Source: Acidimicrobiia bacterium
GTDB lineage: Bacteria > Actinomycetota > Acidimicrobiia > IMCC26256 > JBMOIW01
Assembly: GCA_049317145.1 (NCBI GenBank)
Contig: JBMOIW010000002.1
Coordinates: 2,121-66,120 of the forward strand
Reading direction: 5' to 3'
Length of the DNA: 64,000 nucleotides
In this document: piece by piece, positions 8,562-18,636 of the stretch
Layout: every line of letters starts with the position of its first letter
Numbering within the stretch: position 1 is the first letter of the stretch
The notes under the pieces: model-generated
Told to the model about the DNA's origin: nothing
The model's database searches: none
The model's input: the letters and a program-made list of their open reading frames with translations, nothing else
Made by a program: the position numbers and the translations under genes

Positions 8562-10148
8562 ATGTGGCTCCAGCGGTGGGTCCAACTGGGCGAAATCACT
8601 TTCTCCCAGGCCGATGCCATCGAGCGCTTCGAGATGGCAAACGCCGGGACAGTGATGCCGGGCGAAGTGGGTTCGGGGTATCAAGCGTTGTTGGGATGGG
8701 TCCAGCGTTGGCAGGCGAACAACCTGATCGCCGGGACTCAAGCATCACGGTTGTTCAGCGATCTCCAACAGGTACAAGGAGGAGCACCTCCGGCCCCGAG
8801 TGGGCGCGTTGCACCGGCGCACACGGCGACAGTGAGCGCGCCGGCTCCGGCCTCGCCGCGTGGATCGAACCTTGCAGTCATCGTCGAGTTGCTCGGGTAT
8901 GTCGGTGCCGTGTTTGTTATCGGTGCGGCGTATTGGTTGATGCGCAACGTTTGGAGCAGCATCGACGGTGTTGTTCAGGTCGTGATCATTGGCGCAATCG
9001 CTGCGCTTCTTACCGCGGGTTTTTTCGCGATTCGCGTCGGCGAGATGCCTGCGTTCGTGCGCCTACGGGCCGTTGTCGGATTAGCGGCCACGGCAACTGC
9101 CGGTGCGGTCGGCGCGGTGATCGCATCGCAGCTCCTGGACTCACGCTTTGTGGCGACGTGGGTTCTGTTGATCTCGGTGTTCGTATGTGTGCACGCCACG
9201 CTGTTGTGGCAAGGGCGGAACCGACCGCTGCAACAAATTCCAGCGCTTGCCGGAGCGATTGGTGCGACCTGGTCCGGGATGTATCTCCTCGAAACGATGT
9301 ATGGCCCATCGTCGGTCCGTGCGCTTTCGGACTATGAGTCCGTCTCGGATTACACCTACTGGCGCGGGCTCACCGGTGTTGCGCTGGTGCTTCTCGCGTT
9401 GTTGATGGTTGCTGTGTCGCGTGCTCGCAGCACCAGGATTTCCGAAATCAACTTCGGGTTCGGGATCGGAACGTTGCTGCTTTCGACGTACAGCCTGTTC
9501 CTCGGGTTCAGAACTGCCGGCATCATGGGCACACTGGTCATTGCGGGTGTGCTGCTGTTGGCAAGCGGACTGAAACGCCCCGCATGGACTGATGCCGAGC
9601 GTGTCATGTTGATCGTTGGTGGAGGGCTTACGCTGCTGGCAGTGCCCGTGTATTACGTACAACTCTGGGTGGCCGACATTCACGTTTCGGCCACATTGGT
9701 TGGGGTGACTGCGGTAGCTATTGGTGCCCTTGCGATTGTGTTGTCGAGTACCGGGGCAATGGCAAAACCGGAGCTCGCTGATGCAGCGGGAAGCTTTCTG
9801 ATTGTTGCGGGACTCAGTTTCGTGGGAGCGGACTATGACTGGTTGGCGCCGCTTGCCGGCATCGCCGTTGCAGCAGTGTTCCTCCTCGTTGGCTACCGAT
9901 TCGATCGCGTTGTGCTCCAAGTGTTTGGTTGGATCGCCCTTGTGATTTTCGGCATCTGGGAGTTCGTGTGGGTTGGCCAAACGGTCGATCTGACAGCGGT
10001 AATTGTGTTGATCATCGGGACGTTGCTGGTGGGTGCCGCCGTGTTCTTGAATCGATGGATTCAACGAGGAAAACGGCACGCTCCCGAAAGTGCGCAGGAA
10101 TCAATACCGGGTTTCCAGAGCGACTCTTCAGCACCATTTCAGAACTGA
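8562..10148 (+). CDS. polytopic membrane protein, DUF2157-like (paralog of 12985..14658)
   Basis: Trimmed to ATG 8562. Soluble N-terminus 'WLQRWVQLGEITFSQADAIERFE', a Pro/Ala linker, then more than 10 hydrophobic segments. Shares 'W(Q)xRNRPLQQ' and several blocks with the second copy. The family name is recalled, not searched. Confidence 0.65.
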   Translation: MWLQRWVQLGEITFSQADAIERFEMANAGTVMPGEVGSGYQALLGWVQRWQANNLIAGTQASRLFSDLQQVQGGAPPAPSGRVAPAHTATVSAPAPASPRGSNLAVIVELLGYVGAVFVIGAAYWLMRNVWSSIDGVVQVVIIGAIAALLTAGFFAIRVGEMPAFVRLRAVVGLAATATAGAVGAVIASQLLDSRFVATWVLLISVFVCVHATLLWQGRNRPLQQIPALAGAIGATWSGMYLLETMYGPSSVRALSDYESVSDYTYWRGLTGVALVLLALLMVAVSRARSTRISEINFGFGIGTLLLSTYSLFLGFRTAGIMGTLVIAGVLLLASGLKRPAWTDAERVMLIVGGGLTLLAVPVYYVQLWVADIHVSATLVGVTAVAIGALAIVLSSTGAMAKPELADAAGSFLIVAGLSFVGADYDWLAPLAGIAVAAVFLLVGYRFDRVVLQVFGWIALVIFGIWEFVWVGQTVDLTAVIVLIIGTLLVGAAVFLNRWIQRGKRHAPESAQESIPGFQSDSSAPFQN

Positions 10149-10225
10149 CGATCGCATTCTCAGGATTAGCGCGATACGTGCGCTACCCTGAAGGAGATTC
10201 CGGGTTTGTTGCATGAGGGGGACCG

Positions 10226-10870
10226 ATGAGGCGTTGGATTGTTGGCATCGCGGCGGTGTGTGCCGTTGGGCTGGGTGCGTGTGGATCCTCCAATGACTCC
10301 AAGTCCGCTTCCGAGCTCCCGAGTAAAGAAGCAACGGTGGATACCGGTGCGGGATCGGGAGGTTCGGGCTCGACTTCGACAACCCGCAGTTCGACGACCA
10401 GCAAGGTCGAGGTTGCGACTGACGGAACCCTGTATTCCCCTGCGGGCGATGAGTTCGCCATGCGCGTTCCGGCGTCATGGACCATGGTTCCCAATGCCGC
10501 TGCGACGGTGGCCTGGCTATTGACACCGCGGAAAGCAACCGGATTCACGTCGAACGTGAATGTGATCACGCAGAAGCCAATCAGCGCAACGTCGGATACG
10601 GCGGTGGTGAACGCAATGCGCCAGGACGCGACGAAGTCATTTTCCGATACGAAGATCCTCAACGCCGGAACAGTCAAATTGCCCGGCGGCGGCAAGATTT
10701 ACGAAATCGAGTACACCGCGACGATCTCTGGCACTTCAGTACACCTGTATCAAGTGATGTCTACGGGTGTGGACAGCACGGCATTCGCCACCCTCACGAC
10801 GGCACCCGGAGAATTTGCAACCTTCTATCCGAAGGTTCGTCCCTACATGCTGACGCTCGAAGCCAACTAG
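10226..10870 (+). CDS. lipoprotein, unknown function
   Basis: Signal peptide plus lipobox 'AVGLGAC', a Ser/Thr/Gly-rich linker, then a globular domain of about 140 aa. GAGGGGG RBS upstream. Confidence 0.75.
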   Translation: MRRWIVGIAAVCAVGLGACGSSNDSKSASELPSKEATVDTGAGSGGSGSTSTTRSSTTSKVEVATDGTLYSPAGDEFAMRVPASWTMVPNAAATVAWLLTPRKATGFTSNVNVITQKPISATSDTAVVNAMRQDATKSFSDTKILNAGTVKLPGGGKIYEIEYTATISGTSVHLYQVMSTGVDSTAFATLTTAPGEFATFYPKVRPYMLTLEAN

Positions 10871-11048
10871 CGCCGACTCGGGCCCTGCGCGCCTACCTGC
10901 CTGCTGGCGACCGGTGGAGCTGGAATTGGGAGGGTTGCTCGCTGGCGGTGTGCGGATTATTTGGTTGTCGCCCGATGACCATTTCCGTATCGTCATCGGC
11001 GAACCGTGTGCATAAGGCGAAATACGCCGGCAAGTGGTTTGGGAGCCA

Positions 11049-12947
11049 ATGCGCCTATCCTTCGCCACCTCGTTGTTCACGGATGATGCCGGATTCGAGC
11101 GTCAGCTCGTCCATGTCTACGACGAGATCGATGCGCAGATCGCAAGCGTGGTCGTCAAAGGGCGCGACGAGCTTCCCGAGTATTCGATCCTTCGGGGCCC
11201 GGCTCCGGTAGTTCATCTCGGCGAGCGGCCCCGCCTAGGTGAAGCGGCTGAGCCGGGGCGGTACGAAGCCTGGCAACCGCGCGGCGCAGGAACGGGTGTG
11301 CCGCATTATGTCGTCGATGCCACTCCGGTTGGGATCGCTGAGCTCGCCCATCGACTCGGGGGACCATCGCATTGGGCCGAGTTGGCGGAGCAAATGCGTG
11401 CGGGTCATTGGACTGAGGTGGCGCTGATCGTCGCCGATGCAATGTTTGCGACAGGAAACCTAGCGGCAGATGTCTCTCCCGCGATCGACACTGCACGCGC
11501 GATTCGCGATCAGCACATCGCCGAACATATGCACTGCGCTGCGATTGCATTCGATGCACTGTTTGCAGGAGAAATCACGCCCGCGCTCAGCGCCCTGGAA
11601 ACGACCGCGCCACGCTATTTCCACACCGTACAGCTCTGGATTACCGAGTCTGAGAGCAAGCCTGCCGACGTGCGTGCCCACTGGCGCGAGCGTCTCGCAA
11701 CACTTGTTCAAGAAGGACGCGTGGATCAGTTGTGTCGGGAAATTGATGCGATGCGTGATACACCGCTCGGACAACCGTACCAATGGGGCCATCAACTCAG
11801 TCAGGTGCAGTTGGCGCTCGTGGATGGCGCGAGCAAGCGGATGTTTGGCCCTGATGACCGTTACAAACCAGAGGTTGCTGAGGTCGGCTTTCCGAGCCGG
11901 TGGATGCGTAGCGAGACGGATCCGCAACGGCTAGTTCTTGTGGCTGCTGCATACGCGGGAGATCCCGCAGCAATGGATATCGTTGGCCGAGCGTTTCTTG
12001 GTCTGCGCGACCATGACGCGTTTATCGCCGAAACTCAAGCGGACAACCTTCGTTGGCGGCGCGCACACCCGCACGAACGCCGGGCGGCACAAGCCGGCGA
12101 TTTCGCAGTGGTACATGCAACACGATTTGCTCCCGAGCGAGATGCATCAGGGGCAGTGATCCTGCGCCCGACATTTGCAGCCACGGGATACGGACGATCA
12201 TCATTGCACTTCACGCTCAATCACGTTGTCTCATCCCACCTTTATGGTCAGTGGGACGATGCCGGGTACGTGATCCTCGCGAAACTCCCCGATGTCATTG
12301 CGGCAAACGGTCGCCCCGAGAATTTGTTCGGTGTGGATACGTGGTGGACCTGTAATCCGGGGGAGACGCTGCGAATCCCGAATGCAGTCGTGGTGCGGGG
12401 CGATCTTGATGCGCCGCTGTTTGGTCAAGAGGTTCGCAACGAGATCGTCTACAAATCGGGGAACTACACCGACGAAGATCTCGCCCACCTCCAGGAGCAA
12501 ACAGGATTTGATGCTGCAGCGCTCGACGCGCGACTCGCTGAGCATATGCGGGAATTTTCGGTGTCGGCGGAGAAGATCGAGCAGATGCGTCATGCGGAGA
12601 TCAGTACTGCGGTACGTGACGCGGTTGTCGGCAACGTGTTGCGCGAACTCGGAGTGCGGCGGATAGTTGGCTCCTATAACAACTGTTCGATGGACGCCGA
12701 GATCTCGCAACTTGCACGAGAACTTGGTTGCACCAGCGAGATGCACAACGGCTCGACATCGATGACGGTAGAGAAGACATCGATTCGGTATGCGCAAGAA
12801 GGTTTCCTGCGCTCCTATCCAACCGGCGGCCTCACCGAAGCAAATCCGAAAGCTCGACGCGTTGCGATTGCGGCGGGCGCACTGGCGCCGACAACACCAC
12901 GTCGCGTCGTGGCGCGCGAAACACTTGCAGGTCCAGAATTCGGCTAG
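11049..12947 (+). CDS. hypothetical protein (632 aa, soluble, no motif recognised)
   Basis: Long uninterrupted ORF with coding-like composition. ATG 11049 is preceded by GGGAG (alternative GTG at 11034). I could recognise no TM segment and no catalytic signature. Confidence 0.65.
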   Translation: MRLSFATSLFTDDAGFERQLVHVYDEIDAQIASVVVKGRDELPEYSILRGPAPVVHLGERPRLGEAAEPGRYEAWQPRGAGTGVPHYVVDATPVGIAELAHRLGGPSHWAELAEQMRAGHWTEVALIVADAMFATGNLAADVSPAIDTARAIRDQHIAEHMHCAAIAFDALFAGEITPALSALETTAPRYFHTVQLWITESESKPADVRAHWRERLATLVQEGRVDQLCREIDAMRDTPLGQPYQWGHQLSQVQLALVDGASKRMFGPDDRYKPEVAEVGFPSRWMRSETDPQRLVLVAAAYAGDPAAMDIVGRAFLGLRDHDAFIAETQADNLRWRRAHPHERRAAQAGDFAVVHATRFAPERDASGAVILRPTFAATGYGRSSLHFTLNHVVSSHLYGQWDDAGYVILAKLPDVIAANGRPENLFGVDTWWTCNPGETLRIPNAVVVRGDLDAPLFGQEVRNEIVYKSGNYTDEDLAHLQEQTGFDAAALDARLAEHMREFSVSAEKIEQMRHAEISTAVRDAVVGNVLRELGVRRIVGSYNNCSMDAEISQLARELGCTSEMHNGSTSMTVEKTSIRYAQEGFLRSYPTGGLTEANPKARRVAIAAGALAPTTPRRVVARETLAGPEFG

Positions 12948-12984
12948 GCGTTTGCGGGGGCTCGGTTCTGGTTACGACCAGTTC

Positions 12985-14658
12985 GTGACCCAGGCACTGC
13001 ATCTTCCTCTCGAAGAAGAACTTGATCGCTGGCAAGCGGTCGGGCTGATTTCGGCCGAGATCGCGACGGCCATCCGCACCTATGAAGCGGGCCGCCAGAT
13101 CGCACCGCCAGCAATCGCGTCGCCAATAATTGCCCCGCCAGCAGCCGTCGAGCCGGCAGGCCCTCCGCCTGTGCCCGGACGAGCCGTGCGCGTGTTGGTG
13201 GAAGTGCTTGCGTACTTCGGTTCCGCACTCGCGCTTTCGGGCGTGTTGCTCGTTCTGATCAACCAATGGTCGTCCTTCGAGACCTGGGCGCGCCTCATCA
13301 TTACGGTAAGCGCAACGGTGGTGTTCAGTGTGATCGGTGTGGCAGTTCCGGAAACGCAAGGAGGTGTGCGCGTTCGACTGCGCGCGGCACTGCTTCTTGC
13401 TGCAACGGCATCTGCGGTTGTTCTCGGTCAAGTGCTGATGCACGATGTGCGCGGCACCAATGACATTGCGGCGATTGTGTCGAGTGCCGCGTTGTGTGGC
13501 GGAGTGCTGAGTGCAGTGTTTTGGCAATGGCGAAACCGTCCGCTGCAACAAGCAACCACATATCTTGGGTTCGGTATTGGTGTCCCGTGTGCGGTCGCAG
13601 CGGGCTTCGGTGCCGGGTTCGCGGGAATCGCGGCATGGGGGCTCAGTGCACTGGTGCTCGCGTTCGCGCTGACGCGCCTCGCCCCAAACTTCGTGATGAG
13701 CGAAGCGCTTGCGCTTCCTGGGCTGGTCGTGGCGTCGATCACTATCGCGTCAAGGTGGCAAGGGGTCGGCGGGGGGATCGGCGTCGCCACGGCGTTCGCC
13801 CTTCTTGCGCTTGCGCTTGTTCCTGGGCTCGCCGCGACGCCACCCGATCGGATCCTGACCGGGGTATTCGGTGGTTGGCTACTTTTTCTGATGGGCCCTG
13901 CGACCGCGGGGTTTTTTGCGCACGATGCACCACTCGCAACGGGCATCGTGATGTGGGGACTCGGTGCTGCGCTCGCACTCGTTGGAGTATCCGGGCGTAC
14001 CCGGTTGCCGTTTGTTCCTGCCGCGCTCGGGTCAGGAATCGCAATGGCCGGTGCTGGAGTTGCTGGGGGATGGAATCCCGGTTTCGGTTGTCTCGCAGCG
14101 CTCGCGACGGCGATCGTGGTGTTGAGCGGGGCGCTCGTTTCCGGACTTGTGCGGCGCATCGACGTACAAGTTGCGCTCGGAATGACCGGTGGCGTGGGTT
14201 TCGTTGCTGCAACGATCGCGACGCTGCTGCACTTCTCTCGCGATGCCGCAGTGCTCACTGGTGTGGTCGCGTGGGTTGGTGCCGTTGCACTTTTGGTGGT
14301 TGCGGCTCGACGCTGGGTCCGACTACCCGTTGTCGTCGAGGTCGTTGCTGCGCTGCTCTTGCTTGGTGCGGCGGCAATCACGGGTCGCGAATCGCAAGGG
14401 TTCGCAACGTTGTTTGGACTCGCTACGTCGGTAGCGCTCTTGGGGTGCAGCGTGCTGCCCGGGCGCGTCCTGTACTCGCTCTTTGGGTGCGTCGGCATCG
14501 TGGTCTTTGTGCCGTGGACGATCGGATGGTTCTTCCCGGGAGAGAACCGCGCCCCACTGTTCGTTACGGTCTCCGGATTGTTAGTGCTGACCGTTGCGGT
14601 GATCTTGGGATTCAGCGGCCGTCGTTTCCGTCGGGAGCACGCGCAAGAACGTGGCTAA
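12985..14658 (+). CDS. polytopic membrane protein, DUF2157-like (paralog of 8562..10148)
   Basis: Track ORF 12790..14658 overlaps the upstream gene, so it is trimmed to GTG 12985. 'LDRWQAVGLISAEIATAIRTYE' is followed by a Pro/Ala linker and more than 10 hydrophobic segments. 'FWQWRNRPLQQ' is shared with the first copy. Confidence 0.65.
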   Translation: MTQALHLPLEEELDRWQAVGLISAEIATAIRTYEAGRQIAPPAIASPIIAPPAAVEPAGPPPVPGRAVRVLVEVLAYFGSALALSGVLLVLINQWSSFETWARLIITVSATVVFSVIGVAVPETQGGVRVRLRAALLLAATASAVVLGQVLMHDVRGTNDIAAIVSSAALCGGVLSAVFWQWRNRPLQQATTYLGFGIGVPCAVAAGFGAGFAGIAAWGLSALVLAFALTRLAPNFVMSEALALPGLVVASITIASRWQGVGGGIGVATAFALLALALVPGLAATPPDRILTGVFGGWLLFLMGPATAGFFAHDAPLATGIVMWGLGAALALVGVSGRTRLPFVPAALGSGIAMAGAGVAGGWNPGFGCLAALATAIVVLSGALVSGLVRRIDVQVALGMTGGVGFVAATIATLLHFSRDAAVLTGVVAWVGAVALLVVAARRWVRLPVVVEVVAALLLLGAAAITGRESQGFATLFGLATSVALLGCSVLPGRVLYSLFGCVGIVVFVPWTIGWFFPGENRAPLFVTVSGLLVLTVAVILGFSGRRFRREHAQERG

Positions 14659-15410
14659 GCCAACGCGCGCGGCGGAAGTTGCAGCGATTCGAGCAGGACC
14701 GCGCGGAGGTGCGCTCCGCTGGAAACAACGGTCATTGCTCCGGCTTCCATGAGTGCTGCGCCATGCGCCATGCGCCGCGCGGCTGGTACGTGTCGACCAG
14801 CGACAAACCCAATCACCGGGATGCCGGCGGCAACCGCGGCACGCACTCCTGAGCGGCTGTCTTCGACGGCGACAACGCTGCTCGTATCGGTGCCGGCTCG
14901 CTCGAGCGCGTAATGGTAGATCGCTGGGTCGGGCTTGGGTGTCGGTACCGGCAGTGTGCTCGTTGCGCTGTAGATCCGCTCGGTGCCGTCTGCATCGTGA
15001 AAGTAGTGGCGCAGTTCGGCTGCCTCGAGCGAGATGCAGACACGATCCAGTTCGCTACTTGTGACCACGGTGTTGACTGCGCCGACACTTTCGATTGTTG
15101 CTAAGGCCGTGTTGATCCCGAAAATCGCATCGACTTTGCTCAGCGCGTCGAGTGTGCGGGCGTGGTTCCGGTGCATCATTTCCTGGCGCTCGGCTTCTGT
15201 TACCGGTTCGTATTGGGCGGCGCACAACGCAATCATCTGGTCGAAGTGCATCCCAGCCCAGTCGTGGATCAATTGCTCACGCTCGTACGGCGAGAACGAC
15301 AGCGGATCGTCGAAGTGCTCGATCAGCGTGTCGATGGCAACGGCCATCGCGATGATCTCGCTGTCGACGAGTGTGCCGTCGCAGTCCCAAAAAACGTGCT
15401 GTGTAGTCAT
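14655..15410 (-). CDS. HAD-superfamily hydrolase (subfamily IA, phosphatase/phosphomutase-like)
   Basis: Motif I 'FWDCDGTLVDSE' (DxDGT) and a late 'VEDSRSG' motif. Confidence 0.8.
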   Translation of the reverse strand: MTTQHVFWDCDGTLVDSEIIAMAVAIDTLIEHFDDPLSFSPYEREQLIHDWAGMHFDQMIALCAAQYEPVTEAERQEMMHRNHARTLDALSKVDAIFGINTALATIESVGAVNTVVTSSELDRVCISLEAAELRHYFHDADGTERIYSATSTLPVPTPKPDPAIYHYALERAGTDTSSVVAVEDSRSGVRAAVAAGIPVIGFVAGRHVPAARRMAHGAALMEAGAMTVVSSGAHLRAVLLESLQLPPRALA

Positions 15411-15463
15411 GATCGAGCAACCTGCAGGGGGAAGTGGTCGTTCGGATTAATCGGCCGAGCGTG

Positions 15464-16930
15464 TTAGTTGAGGAGCTTGGTGAGTGCGTTACGTGTCCCC
15501 ATTACGTCGATTGCCTCGAGCGCTTCCGTTACCGCCCCAATCAGGGTCTGGTTGCTCGACAACGCAGGCCCGAAGATTTCTTGGACGGCGATGAGGTGCA
15601 TCGGCGCATCCGGGTTGAGCTTGGCGCGCGAAATGAGCTCCGTGCTCATCGGGTCCGTGATCTCGATGGGCTGACCTTCTTCGTCAATGGCGCGTAGGTA
15701 GCGGTACCACGCGGCAAGTGCGAAGGCGAGGTAACGAATCGAACCACCGTTGGTGAGCTGATACTCGATCGGCGGAACAATCGCGTTCGGGATCTTCTGC
15801 GAACCGTCCATGGCCAGGCGTTGGATCTTGTCGCTGATGGCCGGGTTGGAGAAGCGGTCGAGCAGCGTGCGCTTGTATTGCGTGAGATCTACGCCCGGAA
15901 CGGTCGGGACCGACGGGGTGACGTCTTCGTCCATGTAGCGCTGCACGAACTCGCGAATCAGCGGGTCGTTCATGGCAACGTCAACTTCGCGGTAGCCCAT
16001 GAGATACGAGAGATACGACAGCGCCGAATGCGATCCATTGAGCAGACGGACCTTCATCTTCTCGTAGGGTGTGACGTCGTCGACGATCTGCACGCCTACC
16101 GTCTCGAGTGCCGGTCGGCCATTGATGAAGTTGTCCTCGAGGATCCACTGGATGAACGACTCACTGGCGACGGCACAGGGGTCTTCGACTCCGAACTCGT
16201 CGCGCGCCAGCGCCACGGTGGTTTCGTTCGGCGCGGGAGTGATGCGGTCCACCATGCAGTTCGGGAACGACACGTTGGTGCGGATCCACGCTGCGGTGTC
16301 GACATCCATCGCGTCAGCGAATTGCAGCAGTACTCGAGCGGTGACGTGACCGTTTCCCGGTAGGTTGTCGCAGGACATCACGGTGACGGGGGTTCCCCGA
16401 CGTTGCATACGTGATTGCAAACCGGCGAACAACAACGCAATGGCGGAACGCGGAGTGGCGCCGGCGAGTTCGGCGGCGATCAATGGGTGGTTGCGGTCCA
16501 GGTTGCCGTGGGTGTCGTAGCAGTAGCCCTTTTCGGTGATCGTGAGCGACACAATCCGGATGGCATCGGACGCAATTGCGTCGATTACGTCTTGCGTTTG
16601 TGTAGGCGCATGGGTGAACTCGTTGATCGAGCCGATGACCTTCATAGTGTCGGTGGTGCCCGAGCGCTCAATCAGCGAGTACAGGTTCTGCTGGGCGCGC
16701 ATTGCAGTGATGAGTCCAAGGTCCGAGTCGAGGCAACCGACTCCGTGAATCATCCAGTCCTCGGCGTGCTGTTGGAGAAACTCGTGGACGTAGAGCGCTT
16801 GATGTGAGCGGTGGAATCCGCCGACGCTCATGTGCAAGATGCCGCTCTGCAACGCAGTGCGGTCGTACTGAGGAAAGGATGCGACCTTCGGGTTCTGTCT
16901 CGCTGCTGTGATCGATTGAATCGGGTTCAT
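15464..16930 (-). CDS. mannitol dehydrogenase family protein (long-chain polyol dehydrogenase)
   Basis: 'ILHMSVGGFHRSHQALY' Rossmann start and a length of about 489 aa typical of mannitol 2-dehydrogenase / fructuronate reductase. ATG 16930 overlaps the upstream stop as ATGA (the track start 16936 is a TTG). Confidence 0.85.
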   Translation of the reverse strand: MNPIQSITAARQNPKVASFPQYDRTALQSGILHMSVGGFHRSHQALYVHEFLQQHAEDWMIHGVGCLDSDLGLITAMRAQQNLYSLIERSGTTDTMKVIGSINEFTHAPTQTQDVIDAIASDAIRIVSLTITEKGYCYDTHGNLDRNHPLIAAELAGATPRSAIALLFAGLQSRMQRRGTPVTVMSCDNLPGNGHVTARVLLQFADAMDVDTAAWIRTNVSFPNCMVDRITPAPNETTVALARDEFGVEDPCAVASESFIQWILEDNFINGRPALETVGVQIVDDVTPYEKMKVRLLNGSHSALSYLSYLMGYREVDVAMNDPLIREFVQRYMDEDVTPSVPTVPGVDLTQYKRTLLDRFSNPAISDKIQRLAMDGSQKIPNAIVPPIEYQLTNGGSIRYLAFALAAWYRYLRAIDEEGQPIEITDPMSTELISRAKLNPDAPMHLIAVQEIFGPALSSNQTLIGAVTEALEAIDVMGTRNALTKLLN

Positions 16931-18594
16931 CGCCAACCAAGTCCTTCCGAGTTCGAGAGCCGCCGAGGAGCGGTCCTGAAGTATTGCTGAGTCCCTAGGT
17001 GCACTGTCGCCGGTTGCACGGTTGCTTCGAAGCCGGAACCTCCGCCGATTCCCGACCGGCCAAACGGCCCGGTAAGGATTCGAGCAGAGTTGAGTCCGGC
17101 TTGGAGCTGGTCCACAATCTGATTGGGGCCCGCAGCGCCAATTACGCGTCGGAACGCCTCGGTCAGCTTGGTGTCCGTGCGAAGACGCCGGGCTGGCGCT
17201 ACCTGGCTCAAGAAGGCTCCGGCGTTGCTATAGAGCTCGTCGGGGAGTTGTTGACTGGTGAGCCCGGCACCGACCGCAACGGGGTCAAGGATGTTGAAGC
17301 GCTCGGCGCGGTGTGCTTCGAGGTACAGCGTCCACAGCCCGACGCTCATGAGGAGGTGGTCATTGGGGAGACCGTGAGCGAAGGTGTCGGTTAGTGGGTC
17401 AAGGATGCGTTCTGGCAGCTTCTCGTAACCGTTGCGCGCCAAGCGCTCGAGGCTGTCGGCCATCGCAGTGTTCGTGAGTCGTTGGAGTACTTCGTCACCG
17501 TATTTCCGCAGCGCTTGAGGTGAGAGTCCCGCATTGGCACTCGTGTTCAAAGCCACGGTCGGGATTGCTTCGTCAAGAAAGCCGGCGATGAACGCGTGCA
17601 CGATCGGGTCTGCCATTGCCTCTGCGGTGAAGTTATATCCGCGCAGGCGGCCCAGCATGCCGAGGGCAACGTGTGCCCCATTCAGGATGCGGATTTTCAT
17701 CATGGCGTGTTGGGTAACGCCATCAACGAGTTCAGCGCCGACTTTCGTAAACTCTCGCAGGACCGGGTGGTCGCCATGCCCCGAGATGATGAGGGGATGC
17801 ATCGGCATGGGTTCGGTGAAGACCGGCCATGGATTACGTGAAGCAAGCTCAGGGTCGTAATTGGCAAGCCACTCACAGTGCGATTCGCTGGTTGTCTCAA
17901 CGATGCGGTCCACCATGGTGTTCGGGAACAGCACGCGTGATCGGAGCCAGTCCAAAAACGCGGTGTTATCGCCCCACTCGTGACCCTGGACCGGGGTGTC
18001 CTTGCGGTGCTCAACGTATGAGATCACTGCCAACCGCAGACAATCGCCATTGTCCACGATGTTGTCGAGCGACATCACCACTACTGGATCCAGGCCTGCC
18101 TCGAAACGGCGGTGCAGACCGTGGGCGACCATTCCGATTGCAGTGTTCGGGAGTTCGGCTTGGAGACACTGCACGACGTCGTCGTGATCGACCGCAAGAC
18201 CGAGCGCCGGGTTGTAGTAGTAACCGTTTTGCGTGATGGTGAGGGTGACGAGCTTGGTGTCTGGCCGTGCGATCGCTTCTACGACTGCTGCGGGATCTTC
18301 GGGAGCAATCAAGACATCCGCAATGCTGCGAACGCGTTCGGAACTAACCCCGACACCGCCGGCTATTGATGGGTCTGAGTAGCGGGTGATGACGTCGTAC
18401 TCAAAGCCAAACGGCTCGAGCTGGTGTCGCAAATCCGAAGACTTTGGGGATACGGCGATGATGCGCCGACCAACCCGATCCGCTAACACTGCAAGGTGCG
18501 CGCGGCCGAAGTGACCGGTGCCGAGGTGCACGATGCTGGGGTCACGTTCCGCACGCGGTCTGTGCTTTGACGATGCCTTATGAGCCGGGCTCAT
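16927..18594 (-). CDS. mannitol dehydrogenase family protein, divergent paralog
   Basis: 'IVHLGTGHFGRAHLAVL' plus a family-like core. Trimmed to ATG 18594; the track start 18684 would add an Arg-rich extension running into the divergent promoter region. Confidence 0.7.
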   Translation of the reverse strand: MSPAHKASSKHRPRAERDPSIVHLGTGHFGRAHLAVLADRVGRRIIAVSPKSSDLRHQLEPFGFEYDVITRYSDPSIAGGVGVSSERVRSIADVLIAPEDPAAVVEAIARPDTKLVTLTITQNGYYYNPALGLAVDHDDVVQCLQAELPNTAIGMVAHGLHRRFEAGLDPVVVMSLDNIVDNGDCLRLAVISYVEHRKDTPVQGHEWGDNTAFLDWLRSRVLFPNTMVDRIVETTSESHCEWLANYDPELASRNPWPVFTEPMPMHPLIISGHGDHPVLREFTKVGAELVDGVTQHAMMKIRILNGAHVALGMLGRLRGYNFTAEAMADPIVHAFIAGFLDEAIPTVALNTSANAGLSPQALRKYGDEVLQRLTNTAMADSLERLARNGYEKLPERILDPLTDTFAHGLPNDHLLMSVGLWTLYLEAHRAERFNILDPVAVGAGLTSQQLPDELYSNAGAFLSQVAPARRLRTDTKLTEAFRRVIGAAGPNQIVDQLQAGLNSARILTGPFGRSGIGGGSGFEATVQPATVHLGTQQYFRTAPRRLSNSEGLGWR

Positions 18595-18636
18595 TCGCAG
18601 GATCCTCCAGACGGTTCGCCCGGTGCGGGCGTGAAG

